A stretch of 64,000 bases of DNA, from the NCBI RefSeq assembly GCF_006345805.1, contig NC_042999.1, positions 806,001 to 870,000 on the forward strand. The letters run 5' to 3'. The notes beneath the pieces are model-generated. The model did no database searches. It was not told the DNA's origin and saw only the letters and a list, made by a program, of their open reading frames with translations. This DNA is from Octopus sinensis. Its lineage: Eukaryota. Positions 13,515 to 27,510 of the stretch are shown here, piece by piece. Positions within the stretch are counted from its first letter, which is position 1; every line of letters begins with the position of its first letter. The position numbers were made by a program, and so were the translations under genes.

Positions 13515-13860
13515 CTTCGTTAAAACAGATTAAATAATATTTGGGATTTTTTGTGGAGGCTTAAAGTAGTAACAAAAACAGGACAGTAAGAACAAAGCAG
13601 AAAAAACAAACGGTGAGGACTGTTAAACCATAAGGATGTGAAGTGGTGAACGCTATATATATATATATATATATATATACCTGAATTAGAAAAACATAAT
13701 GCTTATCTGATTATAGAAAAAGCAATTACATTTGAGCCATTATTGACTGTTGGAATATTTAAATGATTTTCTATATTTATGGGAACATTTCAATGAAAGA
13801 TTTCTAGTACAATTTAATAATTCTTACAATGAAGTAATTATCTAATACATTTTTCACTAG

Positions 13861-14349
13861 GTAAATTTGCCAATACTGTACGATGGTGTGTAACTGATAA
13901 TGTCAATAGCAGAGGTAGCAGCAGCAGCAGCAGCAGCAGGACAACAGGCACCGTCGTGGCATTAATATCGTTTTTTATGGTCGTCATAATCATCATCATC
14001 ATCATCATCATCATCACCACACCACAGCCGCCACCACAACCATCACCACCACCGCCACTACCACCACCACCGATACCACCATCATCATCATCATCATCAC
14101 CATCACCACCACCACCACAACCACCACTACTACCACCACCCCCACCATCATCATCATCATCATCATCACCACCAGCACCACCACAACCACCACTACTACC
14201 ACCACCGCCACCACCACCACCACAACCATCATCATCACCACTACAACCACAATCACAACCACCATCATCATTATCACCACCACCACCACTACCACAACTA
14301 CCACCACTACCACCACTACTACCACCACCGCCACCACCACCACCACAAC

Positions 14350-14393
<44 letters not shown>

Positions 14394-14486
14394 CCACCAT
14401 CACCATATTCGCCGATGTTGTCATTATCATTGTGGACGTGGGCGTGGTCAGCCACGACGCCATCCACATTATTATTATCATTTTAA
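13861..14486 (+). CDS. Possible terminal exon (low complexity, hydrophobic segment then Pro/Ser-rich)
   Basis: Branch-like ctaat plus tttttcactag acceptor at 13860, then an open frame KFANTVRWCVTDNVNSRG...VVALISFFMVV to stop 14486. Mostly trinucleotide repeat, no recognisable domain. Confidence 0.2.
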
Positions 14487-14655
14487 TAATCGTTATCATC
14501 ATCGGTACTATTATTCAGTCAGAAGAAATGGTAGGTTGCTTAGAATAGGGAAAGGCATTCGGTGCAGTGTGGTCTACCATCGCTAAAAAGAGGAAGCGAA
14601 TAAAAATGATAACGTTGCCTCAGCTGATGATGATGATGACGACGACGACGACGAC

Positions 14656-14706
<51 letters not shown>

Positions 14707-15520
14707 TGATGACGATGATGATGGTGATGATAATGATGGTGATGATGATAATGATAATGATGGTGATGATGATGATGGTGATAATGATAACGATGGTGAT
14801 GATGATGATGATGTTGATGATAAGGATAATAATGATGGTGATGATGGTGATGATGATGAGGACCATTATGATGAGACCATTATGAGGAAGACGAAAATGA
14901 CGATGACAAGGGTGATTATGATGATGATGAAGATGAAGATGGTGGTGGTGGTGATAGTGGTGATAACCATGACGACAGCTATGATAAAGAGGAAGACATT
15001 GACAGCAGCAACAACAACAATAACAACGACGAAGACGACGATGATGATAATAATGATAATGATAATGATAATGGCATGCTGGTTATGAGGAGAAAGAACA
15101 GGGTGGGGTAGGAGCGACGGGTGGAAGAGCAAGCATTTACGTATCTCATGGCGATGATGATGATGATGATGATGCTGAAGAATTCGAACGCTGCAAATAA
15201 CTACGATTATTATGCTCCTAATAACGATGTCAGAATCAAGAAACTGATGACGACGACGACGACGATGATGATGACGATGATGATTGAAATTATAATGATT
15301 ATTCTAATTATATCAAGGATTCATTAACTTGTATGTGCTTATATTGATCCATTCTAGAAGATCTGAAACCAAGAAACTTTTCGAGGAGGACCACTGAGCC
15401 TCTGCCAATTTGCTTCTCTAACAACGGTTCACATGTATCAAGCATAGAGAGAGAGATAGCACAACATTAATAATAATTACGTGCACAAGGAAAATAACAA
15501 CAAAGGCACTGCTGCTGCTA

Positions 15521-15555
<35 letters not shown>

Positions 15556-16051
15556 GCTACTACTACTACTACTACTGCTAGTGGTACTACTACTGATACT
15601 ACTACTACTACTACTACTACTACTGCTACTGCTGCTGCTATTACTGCTAGTGGTACTACTACTACTACTACTAATAATAATAATGATAATAATAATAATA
15701 ATGATGATGATGATGATGATGATAATGATGATAATAATAATAATAATAATGATAATAATAATAGTAATGATAATAGTAATAACAATAATGATAATAATGA
15801 TGAAAATGAGGGTAATGATTATGATAGGTGGAGGTGATGATGGAGATGATGACGAAGATGACGATAATGCTGGTGATGTCAATGACGATAATGATGATGA
15901 TAATAGTTATGATGATGATGACAATGACGATGACGAGCATGATGATGGTGATGATGACGTGATGATGATGATGGTGGTGATGATGATGACGACGACGACG
16001 ATGTTGATGATGATGATGACGACCATGGTGATGGTGATGGTGATGATGATG

Positions 16052-16093
<42 letters not shown>

Positions 16094-17040
16094 CGATGAT
16101 GGTGATGATGATGGTGATGATGATGTGATGATGATAATGATGATGATGATGATGATGATGATGACGATGATGGTGATGATGATGGTGATGATGATGATAA
16201 TAATGATGAAGCATTGTTTTATTGGTCATGTCCCTGGGGAGAGCAGAAAGGGTGGAAACGATGATATCTTTACAGCCACACTTACTGTACCAACTTCAAT
16301 AAAAAAATGCAACAAATGCGACATCGCTGAGAGGGAAACCTCCAAAGATGAAATATTGATGGAGGAAGACAAAAGCAGATCTGATAATCGCGATTGGAAC
16401 GTCAGCTGTGAGTTAGCGCTAAGATGGAACCAAATGTCAACAACAACAACAACAACAACACAACCGCCACCGCCAACAATGATCAGAACGGTAGCAGCAA
16501 CGGCAACAAGACTAACATCCACAGCAGTAACAACTACAACTACAGCTGCAACAACAACAGCAGCAAATCAGCAAGGAGAACAGCAACAGCAGCAGCGGCC
16601 GTCCAAGAATTTGGACCTGGAGTACTCCATTTCCAGCGACTTCGAGGCCGCCTCCCAGTGGTGTCGGGAGTCGCCGAAGACCCCTCGACTATAACAAGAC
16701 AACCAACGTTTTTTTCCAAGGTCTGGGGTCCCCCGCCCCTAAGCCCTAGACCATCACCTAATCACCCTTACCCGTCTTGTTGCTTAACAACAACAACAAC
16801 AGCAGCAGCAGCAGCAGAGTAACAGCAGCAGTACCACCAACGCCACATCCACTCAACAGCAACACCAACAACAACCACAGCCAATAACGATAACAGCAAC
16901 AACAACAACAGCAACAACAAGAAAGACAACAGAGGCACCACCACTAACAACAGCACCACCAGCAGCACCACCACCTTCGCTCAACAACAAAAACAAAAGC
17001 AACAGCAACAATCACAACATCAACAACAACAACAGCACGA
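13910..17040. repeat. Compound trinucleotide microsatellite field (CAT/CAC, GAT, TAC, AAT, CAA/CAG)
   Basis: Directly visible. Confidence 0.95.
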
Positions 17041-17381
17041 GGCTCCGGCAGGGTGAACCCCCGCTGTACTCTTTCACCACAACTTTCTCTCACCCTTTCT
17101 CTCACCACAAAGCAGAGGAACCATGCTGTAACCCACTTTGGTGTGGTAAACTTTCAGACCCTAGACTAGATTGTGAATCCTCTGTACCCCAGGATGGTTT
17201 AGCTCTTCACCCATTAAAAGCCACCGTTTAAGGAATGAAGATAACAACGTAGCTTTCGCGCCCGTGCAACTGCCAGTCTATCGCGTGTGGTGGGTGGATC
17301 TTGAAGTTGCCGCACGCATTCTTAGTAGCTTAGAGTAGGCTCGAATTAGAGATTATTCTTTGTGGCTAATGGCGCGAGTCC

Positions 17382-17402
17382 TGATGATGATGATAATAAT
17401 AA

Positions 17403-17473
<71 letters not shown>

Positions 17474-17700
17474 GAAGAGAAGAAGAAGAAGAAGAAGAAG
17501 AAGAAGAGAAGAAGAAGTAGAGGAAGAAGAAGACAAAGAAAAAGAAGAAAAAAGGAGAAGAAGAAGAAGAAGAAGAGGAAGAAGAAGACGAAGAAAAAGG
17601 AGAAGAAGAAGAAGAAGAAGAAGAAGAAGAAGAAGAAGAAGAAGAAGAAGAAGAAGAAGAAGAAGAACAAGAAGAAGAACAAGAAGAAGAAGAAGAGATG
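17382..17700. repeat. (AAT)n and (GAA)n microsatellites
   Basis: Directly visible. Confidence 0.95.
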
Positions 17701-18104
17701 AAGACAGCAACAGCAACAACGACAGCACCAAAATTAGCACCACAACCTCCACGCAATAGCAACAACACCAGTAACATGAACAATAAAGGAAAAACAGTCT
17801 TTAGAGTGGTTGATTTCTTCGTCTGTCATCGAATTACAAAGAAAGCTGACGAGGAGACAGAAATCTCAAGAATTACTTAGAAAACATGAAAAGAAATGCC
17901 TCAAAACATTATCGTTTTAAGTAAAAATAATTTGCCTCGTGCAGTTATGTAGTTAAGACACTCGCTTTGCAACTGCGACCTTTTGAGTTCAGTCCCACTG
18001 CACGCCACCTTGGGAACTGTCTTCTGACGTAGTCCCAAGCAGATGACCAGTTGACCCATGGCTTGTTAATGAATTTGGCAGGCGGAACTGTGTGGAATCA
18101 CATC

Positions 18105-18140
<36 letters not shown>

Positions 18141-18207
18141 AAATATTAGGGAATAAATCCAAACTTACAGGGAAAAATCAGATTTAGGATTAAATCCAAT
18201 TTTATAG

Positions 18208-18248
<41 letters not shown>

Positions 18249-18249
18249 C

Positions 18250-18335
<86 letters not shown>

Positions 18336-18509
18336 ATGAAGATTGTACTTAAGTTGAGGCACCGGTATTATCCATACAATTTCAAAGTGAGGTGATTGCT
18401 CTGCATTTTAAATTGATGTAATGATTCCAATGTTCAATTAAATGGAGTTGCATGAAACGATCGTACTGCATTACCTCTGGGTATTCCTGTTCTTTATTTT
18501 GATATATTA

Positions 18510-18540
<31 letters not shown>

Positions 18541-18541
<1 letters not shown>

Positions 18542-19030
18542 AAATATTAGGGAATAAATCCAAATTTACAGGGAAAAATCAGATTTATGATTGAATCCAA
18601 TTTTATAGTAAAATATAATATAATATTATATTATAATATTAATTAGAGACAATTTGTTTTTTTGTTCTTTTGTTTTTTGAAATTAGCTATTTCATCTTTA
18701 AATATGAGAATTTAAATACTAGGTTTCATTATATACAATCGTTTATAGAGGTTATTATAGTTCTTGATTATTATTTATATTTTCATTGATAATTTTATAT
18801 TTTTTATATATATTAGTCATTTCAAATTTATATCTTAAAAATATTGATTATATTTTAGGTCTTGAAAACCACCTGATGAATGTCCATTGAAGTGACAAGA
18901 AACGATCGTAGTGGATATCTTAATTAATCTTAATTATATTTAATTTATATAAATTTTTTTATGTATTGGATTAAGTCTTTCTTTGTTTGATTTGCATAAT
19001 AGTGGTTTTGTCTCTAATTAATATTTATAT
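18541..19030. mobile_element. PLE-type 3' end with short inverted arm
   Basis: aatattaattagagacaa (~18635-18652) is the reverse complement of ~19008-19025. Related segments at 18139-18208 and 3660-3812. Contains the hammerhead at 18869. Confidence 0.65.
18869..18914 (+). ncRNA. Minimal type I hammerhead ribozyme (PLE type)
   Basis: ccac CUGAUGA a-uguc-9nt-gaca-a GAAA cgaucg UA gugg; the 10.1-11.1 position is an A-A mismatch. Confidence 0.8.
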
Positions 19031-19057
19031 ATATATATATATACATACATATCGATA

Positions 19058-19108
<51 letters not shown>

Positions 19109-19197
19109 GCATACACTCATACATACATACACACATACACATACACACATATATATACACATACATATCGTCAGCGTTTTATCATGTGTCTGACAAT

Positions 19198-19398
19198 TTA
19201 TTTGGTTTCTTCTTGACCACTTCTTCTTCCCCTCTGTCCGTGTTTATGTCTTTGATGTCCAATGAGGCCGATTCTTACATGGAATTGTCTGTTGCAAAGT
19301 TCATAGGGAATCCGTGGTGGAGGCTTTTGTTGTTGCAGCCTCCATTTTCTTTCTTGTCTTTTCTCTTCTCTTTCCTCTGTCTTTCAGTTTCAAAATGA
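19198..19398 (-). pseudogene. RTE-BovB-like LINE ORF C-terminal remnant
   Basis: Manual translation EKRQERKWRLQQQKPPPRIPYELCNRQFHVRIGLIGHQRHKH...* fits the terminal CxxCxRxFxxRIGLxxHxRxH finger of RTE-BovB ORFs. Confidence 0.65.
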
Positions 19399-19464
19399 TT
19401 TATCACAGTGGTAAATATACATGGTAAATGAAAGACAGAAGATGGAATATACAAGAATTTTTAT

Positions 19465-19572
19465 TATTAATCAATTGTTTCGACACAACTAGCATCGATC
19501 CTTCACGAGCGGGACACTTAACAACTGGTCCAGGAGCACCCGGCGGTGCAGATGTGTCTCATCGGGTGATAA
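19465..19572 (-). ncRNA. Decayed type I hammerhead with large loop II
   Basis: Minus strand: CCGAUGA gacaca...uguguc GAAA caauug; the cleavage triplet and stem I are damaged. Confidence 0.5.
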
Positions 19573-20453
19573 ATAGATGCAACTCGTTAAAATATCAGGT
19601 TTTCATTGTATCTTCTCATTTTGTAAAACGAAAAGCAGCAGAACGAAGGCAATAGCTTCATCTATTTAGAAGATCAAAAATAAAATCACAAATCCCAAAA
19701 AATATTTGTGCATATATTCAAGTCTCCATGATGCTTCATTTACGGGAACACCCAATACAGCGAGAAAAGTATTAGAAATAATAGTTAAAGGATATGGATG
19801 TATAAACGCCCACGCACAAGCTGCATGGCACGTGTACACTCGCTTATACAAGCATCCACGAAAATATAAGCATACGCCCATGTGTGGTTTCATGCACTCA
19901 CGATCACAAAGCGAGTTAAATAGCTACTTGGTGTTTATAAGAACGGGGAGGTTAAAGCTAAACTTAATTCATCCATACCTTAAAGTAAATTATGTGAAGT
20001 TACTCAAAATCATTCCCACTACTTAAAGCCTATAATCGATCATCGTGTATTGACTAAAGAAAATAGTGTAGTATTGAGATATATAAGCCCTCGACGGAAA
20101 ACGAGGAGTTTTTCGTCGAAGGCTAATATTACCCCAGTATTTGACTCTTTTCTTTAGTTGTTCGCTTATAAGTTTTACGCCTGAAAACATGTAAGATATC
20201 TCCTACCAGAAATTTTCAGGCAGACAATCCAATAACAGAAAATTTTCCCATAAATAAAATATCTTCGAGACTTGAGGATTTGCACAAGTATAACCAGGAA
20301 AAGGAACAGACGTACTCTGTGGTGTTCTTTCTCATTGGAATGCTAAAATGGCATAATGGTGTAAGTATAAAACCAAAAGAAACTGATGATCTAGCTGTAA
20401 TTAGGACCCTGCTATCCTAAAGAGGTGGATGTATACTGATATTGTTGTAATAA

Positions 20454-20666
20454 TACTCTTTACTCTTTTACTTGTTTCAGTCATTTGACTGCGGCCATGC
20501 TGGAGCACCGCCTTTAGTCGAGCAACTCGATCCCGGGACTTATTCTTTGTAAGCCCAGTACTTATTCTATCGGGCTCTTTTGCCGAACCGCTAAGTGACG
20601 GGGACATAAGCACACCAGCATCGGTTGTCAAGCGATGTTGGGGGGACAAACATAGATATACAAACT

Positions 20667-20700
<34 letters not shown>

Positions 20701-20900
20701 CATATACGACGGGCTTCTTTCAGTTTCCGTCTACCAAATCTACTCACAAGGCTTTGGTCGGCCCGAGGCTATAGTAGAAGACACTTACCGAAGGTGCCAC
20801 GCAGTGGGACTGAACCCGGAACCGCTAAGTGACGGGGACATAAGCACACCAGCATCGGTTGTCAAGCGATGTTGGGGGGACAAACATAGATATACAAACT

Positions 20901-20936
<36 letters not shown>

Positions 20937-21096
20937 CATATACGACGGGCTTCTTTCAGTTTCCGTCTACCAAATCTACTCACAAGGCTTTGGTCGGCCC
21001 GAGGCTATAGTAGAAGACACTTACCGAAGGTGCCACGCAGTGGGACTGAACCCGGAACCATGTGGTTGGTAAACAAGCTACTTACCACACAGCCAC
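20454..21096 (-). mobile_element. tRNA-derived SINE family B with ~235 bp internal tandem duplication
   Basis: Matches 62677-63085; 20587-20820 is repeated at 20821-21058. Confidence 0.9.
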
Positions 21097-21211
21097 ACGA
21101 TACATGTAACATTCAGTTATTGCCGAAACAATCGTAGTGATTTGTACTATAAACTGTCCTTCCCGCCTTCTATTAGAATTTTGATACATATATATATATA
21201 TATGGGGAAAA

Positions 21212-21492
21212 AAGTCAAGGTAGAAAATGGTAAAATGATTTTATCATAAAAAAACATTTTAGAACCGCTTCCAGTCATTCAGACTTTTTCAACACTAAGT
21301 ATGGCAGACAATTAAATTTTGGAAACATTAAATGAAAAAGTTTTTCCAAAATTTAATTGTTTTGCCATACTTAGTGTTGAAAAAGTCTCAATGCCTGAAA
21401 CTGGCACTAAATTGTTTTTTTATGATAAAATTACTTTACCATTTTCTACCTTGACTTCTTACCTTATACATATTTCTTTTCAACCTTCTAAA
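21212..21492. repeat. Fold-back palindrome (21212-21457) with tail and hammerhead-like arms
   Basis: Arms are reverse-complementary. Two-arm consensus: ttag-tg-UUGAAAA-agtc-tgaat-gact-GAAA-ccgg-tH-ctaa. Confidence 0.85.
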
Positions 21493-21549
21493 TACATACA
21501 TACATACATACATATATATATATGTATATATTAGGTATATATATATATG

Positions 21550-21580
<31 letters not shown>

Positions 21581-21589
21581 GTATATATA

Positions 21590-21622
<33 letters not shown>

Positions 21623-21636
21623 CTATATATATATAT

Positions 21637-21673
<37 letters not shown>

Positions 21674-21700
21674 ATGTATATATATATATATATATATATT

Positions 21701-22080
21701 ATATAAAAGGGCTTAGTAAATAAATTACTTTGCCGCATACTGAACTCATAGAAAGCAGCTAAAAACCTTTTTTAAGGCTATTTCTAATACTTAAGAAATC
21801 TCTCTCATATATAGTGTTTGCATATTTAACTCACAAAACTTTTGTGAGTTAAATTATGCAACACTATATATGAGAGAGATTTTCTTTAAGTATTAGAAAT
21901 AGCCTAAAAAAGTTTTTTAGCTGCTATTTCTAATGAGTTCAGTATGCGGCAAAGTAATTTATTTTACTAAGCCCTTTTATATGTAATAATTTGAATTCGC
22001 CTTGAATGGTCCCTTTGCATACTGACACTTGGTGAAATTGATTAATATAATTAATTAATTTTGCCCTCAATTGTTGAAAT
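21701..22080. repeat. Fold-back palindrome (21701-21982) with ~100 bp one-sided tail, in (TA)n
   Basis: Self-complementary about ~21839 (ctcacaaaa-c-ttttgtgag). Confidence 0.9.
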
Positions 22081-22239
22081 TATATATATATTATATAATA
22101 TATATATACATACATACCCAGAAACGTGTATATGTGTGTATGTCGTAAGGCATAAGAACTGGAGAAGATTTATTTGATTAAAAACCCCACAATTCAATGA
22201 CTGAAACGATTAAAACATGATCAGGAATCATGGTGAAGA

Positions 22240-22803
22240 CGAGGAGGAGGAGGATTAAGAAAAAAGAGGGGAGGAGGAGGTGAAGGTGGAGGAGGAGAAG
22301 ACGGAGAAGAAGGAGAAGGAAGAGAAGAAGAAGAAGAAGAAGAAGAAGAAGAAGAAGAAGAAGAAGAAGAAGAAGAAGAAGAGAAGAAGAAAAGTAGAAG
22401 AAGAAGAAGAAGAAGAAGTAAAAGTAGGAAAAGAGGAAGAAAAAGGTAAAGCAAGTCCTGTTACTTCGACCCCCCCACACACACACCCATTACTGGAATG
22501 TTACATCGATTTTGAAAGGGCTGAATATTTAGTTGAACTCAGCAGGATTTGAACTCAAAACATAAAGAGCTAAAAGAAATATTGCAAAGCAGTTTTCGTG
22601 ACATTTTAACAATTCTACCATAATGATGATGACGATAATGATCATAGCAATGATGCTGATGATGATGATGATGAGGATGATGATGAAGATGATGATGATG
22701 ATGATGATGATGACGATGACGATGATGGATAATGATGATAACGACGATGACGGCTATGAAGATACTGATGATGATGATGGTGATGATGGTGATGAGGATG
22801 GTG

Positions 22804-22877
<74 letters not shown>

Positions 22878-22900
22878 AGTGATGACGTTGATGATAAAAC
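22240..22900. repeat. (GAA/GAG)n and (GAT)n microsatellites
   Basis: Directly visible. Confidence 0.95.
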
Positions 22901-23558
22901 TAAAACAGCAACAAACATGACGATGAGAATCAGAAAGAAAAAGAAAGCAAAACAACTCGATTGTGCTGTTAAGCTTAAAGAATATTGTAATAGAGAATAT
23001 TATCCGTAATGATGGAATCTACTACGCAGCAGTGCTTTAAGAAAATGGTATAACACTAAGGTTATATTAGCCGATAATAATAATAAAAAAAAATTATAAT
23101 AAAAATCGCACTCACACTCACATAAAAACACAAACACATGCTCATAGTCAGATACATGAATACATATCTAGACGCCTACACAGACATACACAAAAATGTC
23201 GACAACCCAAGAAATAATGCTTCGCAAAGCAAAAATGTCTTTGGTTCAATGTTCTTGGAACGGAAAGAATAGCAACATCGATCTTTAGGTTGTTGTTTTT
23301 AATTCGCTGCTTTCAATCTGTAGATGGTTATATTGTCATATTTATTTTATCGCTTAAAGAAAATTGATGTCCATTGCTTAGATTTTTCGAACGCTGAGTA
23401 TTAAATTAGTTTTCTCTATGACACATGTCACAGAGAAAGCTACAAACGTCGACAGTTGAACAAATGTACGAGCACACAGACATACGTTAGGTTTTAGAAT
23501 AAAGCATTTTATATGTTTTTTTTAATGTAGTTTAACATATATACATACATACATACAT

Positions 23559-23849
23559 GTGGAAGCGCAATGGCCCAGAGGTTAGGGAAGCGGACTCGCG
23601 GTTTCGATTCCCATACCGGGCATTATGAGTGTTTATTGAGCGAAAACACCGAAAGCTCCACGAGGCTCCGGCAGGGGGTAGTGGCGATCCCTGCTGTACT
23701 CTTTCGCCACAACTTTCTCTCACTCGTTCTTCTGTTTGGCCTGCTCGCTTAGCCAGCGGGGTGGCGTCATTTGAAGGCTAAAACAATGCGAAGCGCATTG
23801 TGACCAGCGGTGTCTAGCAACATCTGATAGCCTGGTCGGTGACGGTGAA
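23559..23849 (+). mobile_element. tRNA-derived SINE family C
   Basis: Head gcgcaatggcccagaggttaggg...gtttcgattccc matches 39810 and 63613(-); followed by (TACA)n. Confidence 0.85.
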
Positions 23850-23999
23850 ATACATACATACATACATACGTACATACATACATACATACATACATACATA
23901 CATACATACATACATGTGCATATATGAGCATAGACGGATGGTTAGGAAATTCGTTTTGTAATCATATCATCGCAAGTTCGTTCCGATTTTCAGGCATCT

Positions 24000-24575
24000 T
24001 ATTTGTTTATTGCCCACAAGGGGCTGAACATAGTGGGGACAAACGAGGACAGACAAACGGATTAAATCGATTACATCGACTCCAGTGCGTAACTGGTACT
24101 TAATTTATCGACCCCGAAAGGATGAACGGCAAAGTCGACCACGGCGGAATTTGAACTCAGAAAGTAACGGCAGACGAAATACCTATTTCTTTACTACCCA
24201 CAAGGAGCTAAACGCTGAAAGGCCAAACATGGACAGACAAATGGATTAAGTCGATTATATCGACCCCAGGATGAAAGGATGAAAGGCAAAGTCGACCTCA
24301 GCGGAATTTGAACTCAGAACGTAGCGGCAGACAAAATACCTATTTCTATTTCTTTACTACCCACAAGGGGCTAAACGCAGAGAGTACAAACAAGGACAGA
24401 CAGACTGATTAAGTCGATTACATCGACCACAGTGCGTGACCGGTACTTAATTTATCGACTCCGAAAGGATGAATAGCAAAGTCGACCTCGACGGAATTTG
24501 AACTCAGAACGTAATGTCAGACGAAATACCGCTGAGCATTTCGCCCGGCGTGCTAACCTTTCTGCAAGCTCGCCC
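24000..24575 (-). mobile_element. SINE family A with three tandem ~185 bp body units
   Basis: One head at ~24530-24575 followed by repeated body units joined at gaaatacc|tatttct. Confidence 0.9.
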
Positions 24576-24982
24576 CCATGTTCAATCTTGGGCAATGGTT
24601 TTTACCATAATTTATAGGCGCTAGCGTGGCACTGTGGTAAGAAGCTTGCCTCACTACGATATGTTTCTGGGTAAAGTGTCCAACCGCATATCACCTTAGA
24701 CAAATATCTTCGACCAAAGTCCACAGTATATATGCGTGTTTGTGTGTGAGTATATGTGCACATTTATGTGTGTGTATGTGTGTATTTGTGTTTGTGTTTG
24801 TCCACATCTGCCATATGACAACCGATGTTGGTGTGTTTACGTCCCCGTAACTTAACGGTTCAGCAAAATTACCCGATAAAAACAAATACCAGGCTGAAAA
24901 ATATAAAAAACAATAACTACTGGAGTCGACTCAAAAATATTTCAGTATTTTCGGTACCTCAATATGGCGCAGTCTAATGACT

Positions 24983-25015
<33 letters not shown>

Positions 25016-25031
25016 TACACACACACACACA

Positions 25032-25086
<55 letters not shown>

Positions 25087-25281
25087 TTGTAGATCCATTT
25101 TAAATACCGTTGGATTTTACTCAATAAATTATTGGAATCTTACACGTATACCATTTTGACTAAAAAATGGATCTATAAATTCAATATTCCTACATATCTC
25201 ACGTCTATTTTCTTTCCTCCACCTCACTCTCTATTTTGTATCCTATCTAAATTAATTATTACTTTACCATCCTCTCACACC

Positions 25282-25329
25282 GTCTCCGCTGAAGGCATAT
25301 AATAAATATCCTGGAAACAGCTGTAAGAC
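25282..25329 (+). ncRNA. Type I hammerhead motif with mutated core
   Basis: gucu CCGCUGA agg-cauau-aauaa-auau-ccu-g GAAA cagcug UA agac; stem I is 4 bp and stem III is palindromic. Confidence 0.6.
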
Positions 25330-25584
25330 CTTCTATCTCTGTTCTAAAATCTACTCAACCTTCGTTTTTATCTCATTGCGAAAAAAATTATTTATATATA
25401 TACAGCGGTTGGACAAAATAATATCCGTTTATTGTGATATGAAAATTTTAGTCCACTTTGAACTTTAAATCCAAACCGAGCGACAACAAAGGAGATCTAC
25501 TGCGAGCAGCTTGAGTGGCTTCAGTCAGCGCTAGAAGAAAAGTGACCATCTTTGGTTTCAAGATGAAAAGTATTCCTCCATCCT

Positions 25585-25925
25585 TACAGCGAAGATGACA
25601 TACCGAAAGCTGGAGCAGTTTGAATGGGAAACGATGACACACCCACCATATTTGCCGGACGTTACCCCATCTGATTATCATTTATTCCACAGCCTTCAAA
25701 ATCCTTTGGACGGGAAAAAATATGAATTCTGTAGACGAGGTCAGAACAGAACTGGTGGAGTATTTTTCCTCGCGGACTAGTGAATTTTGGAAGAGTCTAT
25801 CAGATGGATTGAAGAGCTTTATAGAAAATGGAGAGTATATTTTTGATTTAAAAAGAACTTTATCTTCATTTAGAAAAATAAAATAAGTATAAAAAACCCA
25901 CATTATTTATGGGATGGCCCAATAA
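25585..25925 (+). pseudogene. mariner transposase C-terminal relic with right terminus
   Basis: WETMTHPPYLPDVTPSDYHLFHSLQN (YSPDLAPSD motif); ends ...gcccaa-ta. Confidence 0.85.
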
Positions 25926-26477
25926 AAGTTAATATAGATAGATGAATAAAAAATTATGAGTTTACATCGGACATTTTCGTTCACACGTTTCCTTCAACTG
26001 ATGGGTTTTTTAATTTTTAAATATTAAAACTGTATAACGAACTTATATAATCTGTGTTATTAAAGTGTTAATGTATTAACCCTTGAAAACGTTTACTATA
26101 TTATAGATTATATTTAAATATAACTATGTGGTTGAATGGGGGAAAAAACGGTTAAACACTGTCATGAATATTCTATAAATATTTCATAAAGATTTTTACA
26201 TAAACATTTCAGAAAATCATTTCATATAAGTTGTCATAAAATATCTCGCATATAATAACGTTTATATTCACCAAAATAATATTTTTATACTTCGTATCAA
26301 TATTCCTATTTTTATACACTATTAATATTCATTCTATTACATGCATCTAGTTTTGCATTTTTATAGAACATAATTTGTTATAGATTTTTCCATATATATC
26401 GTTGGTATATACTTTATATATATCATTTTGTATATTTTCCATTATATATATTTCTCTATATGTTTTATACATTATAT

Positions 26478-26655
26478 CTTTTACTGGTTTCAGTCATTAG
26501 ACTGCAGCCATGTTGGGGCACCGCCTTGAAGAATTTTAATCGGACGAATTGACCTCAGTACTTATTTTCTCTAAAGCCTCGTACTTATTCTATCGGTCTC
26601 TTTGGCCGAGCTGCTATATTAAACGCATCAACATCACACGTCAAGCGGCGGTGAA
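26478..26655 (-). mobile_element. SINE family B-related 3' part, diverged
   Basis: tttcagtcattagactgcagccatgttggggcaccgcc... Confidence 0.7.
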
Positions 26656-26716
26656 AAACCAGCACAAGCACGCTCGCATGCACACACGCAGACGCAGACA
26701 CAGATACAGACACAGA

Positions 26717-26773
<57 letters not shown>

Positions 26774-26919
26774 CACACCACACACACACACACACACACA
26801 TGTGGTGAATAAACTGTCGTCTAAATTACGCAAACATGAAAATAACACTGTCATCTCATTTTAGCAGCTATATTTACCAAAATTAAATAAAAAATATCTT
26901 GAAATACTAAAGAGTAAAT

Positions 26920-27240
26920 TTATTCAATAAAATCACCATTGGCTTCAACCACGACCTCCACACCATTTTGGAATCTCTTGCAACGCTACTCGACGGTTTC
27001 CTTGTTTAAGTTGGTGAATGCTGCCATAATCCTTGCCTTCAGTTAATCTTTGGTGTTACAAGGAGTTTTGTTGGTCTTTCGCTCATTTGCACCCTACACA
27101 TAATAATCCAGGGGGTTGCTGTCTGGGGAGTTAGGTGACCAGAGGTTAGAGGTGGTGTGATCGCAGAAATTGTCCGACAGCCATAACCGTGTTCTCCTAC
27201 ATGTGTGGCATGGTCCAGAGTTCTGTTGCCAGGCATAGGG
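26920..27240 (-). pseudogene. Tc1/mariner-superfamily transposase C-terminal relic
   Basis: Manual translation WSPNSPDSNPLDYY...ERKTNKTPCNTKD...ARIMAAFTNLNKETV...VVEANGDFIE*, i.e. the WPxNSPDLNPLD motif. Confidence 0.8.
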
Positions 27241-27434
27241 TCTTCAAACAGCAATCCTCTTGATACCAAATCCACTCACAAGGTTTTACACGGCCTGAGG
27301 CTATAGTAGAAGACACATGCCAAAGGCGCCACGCAGTAGGACTGAACCCGGAACCATGTGGTTGGTAAGCAAGCTACTTACCATACAGCCACTCCTACAC
27401 CTATATATATAGAGAGAGAGATAGATAGATAGAT

Positions 27435-27510
<76 letters not shown>

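Noticed and set aside
17847-17880. CUGACGA-ggaga...ucuc motif
   Set aside because: No GAAA-stem III-UH-stem I completion.
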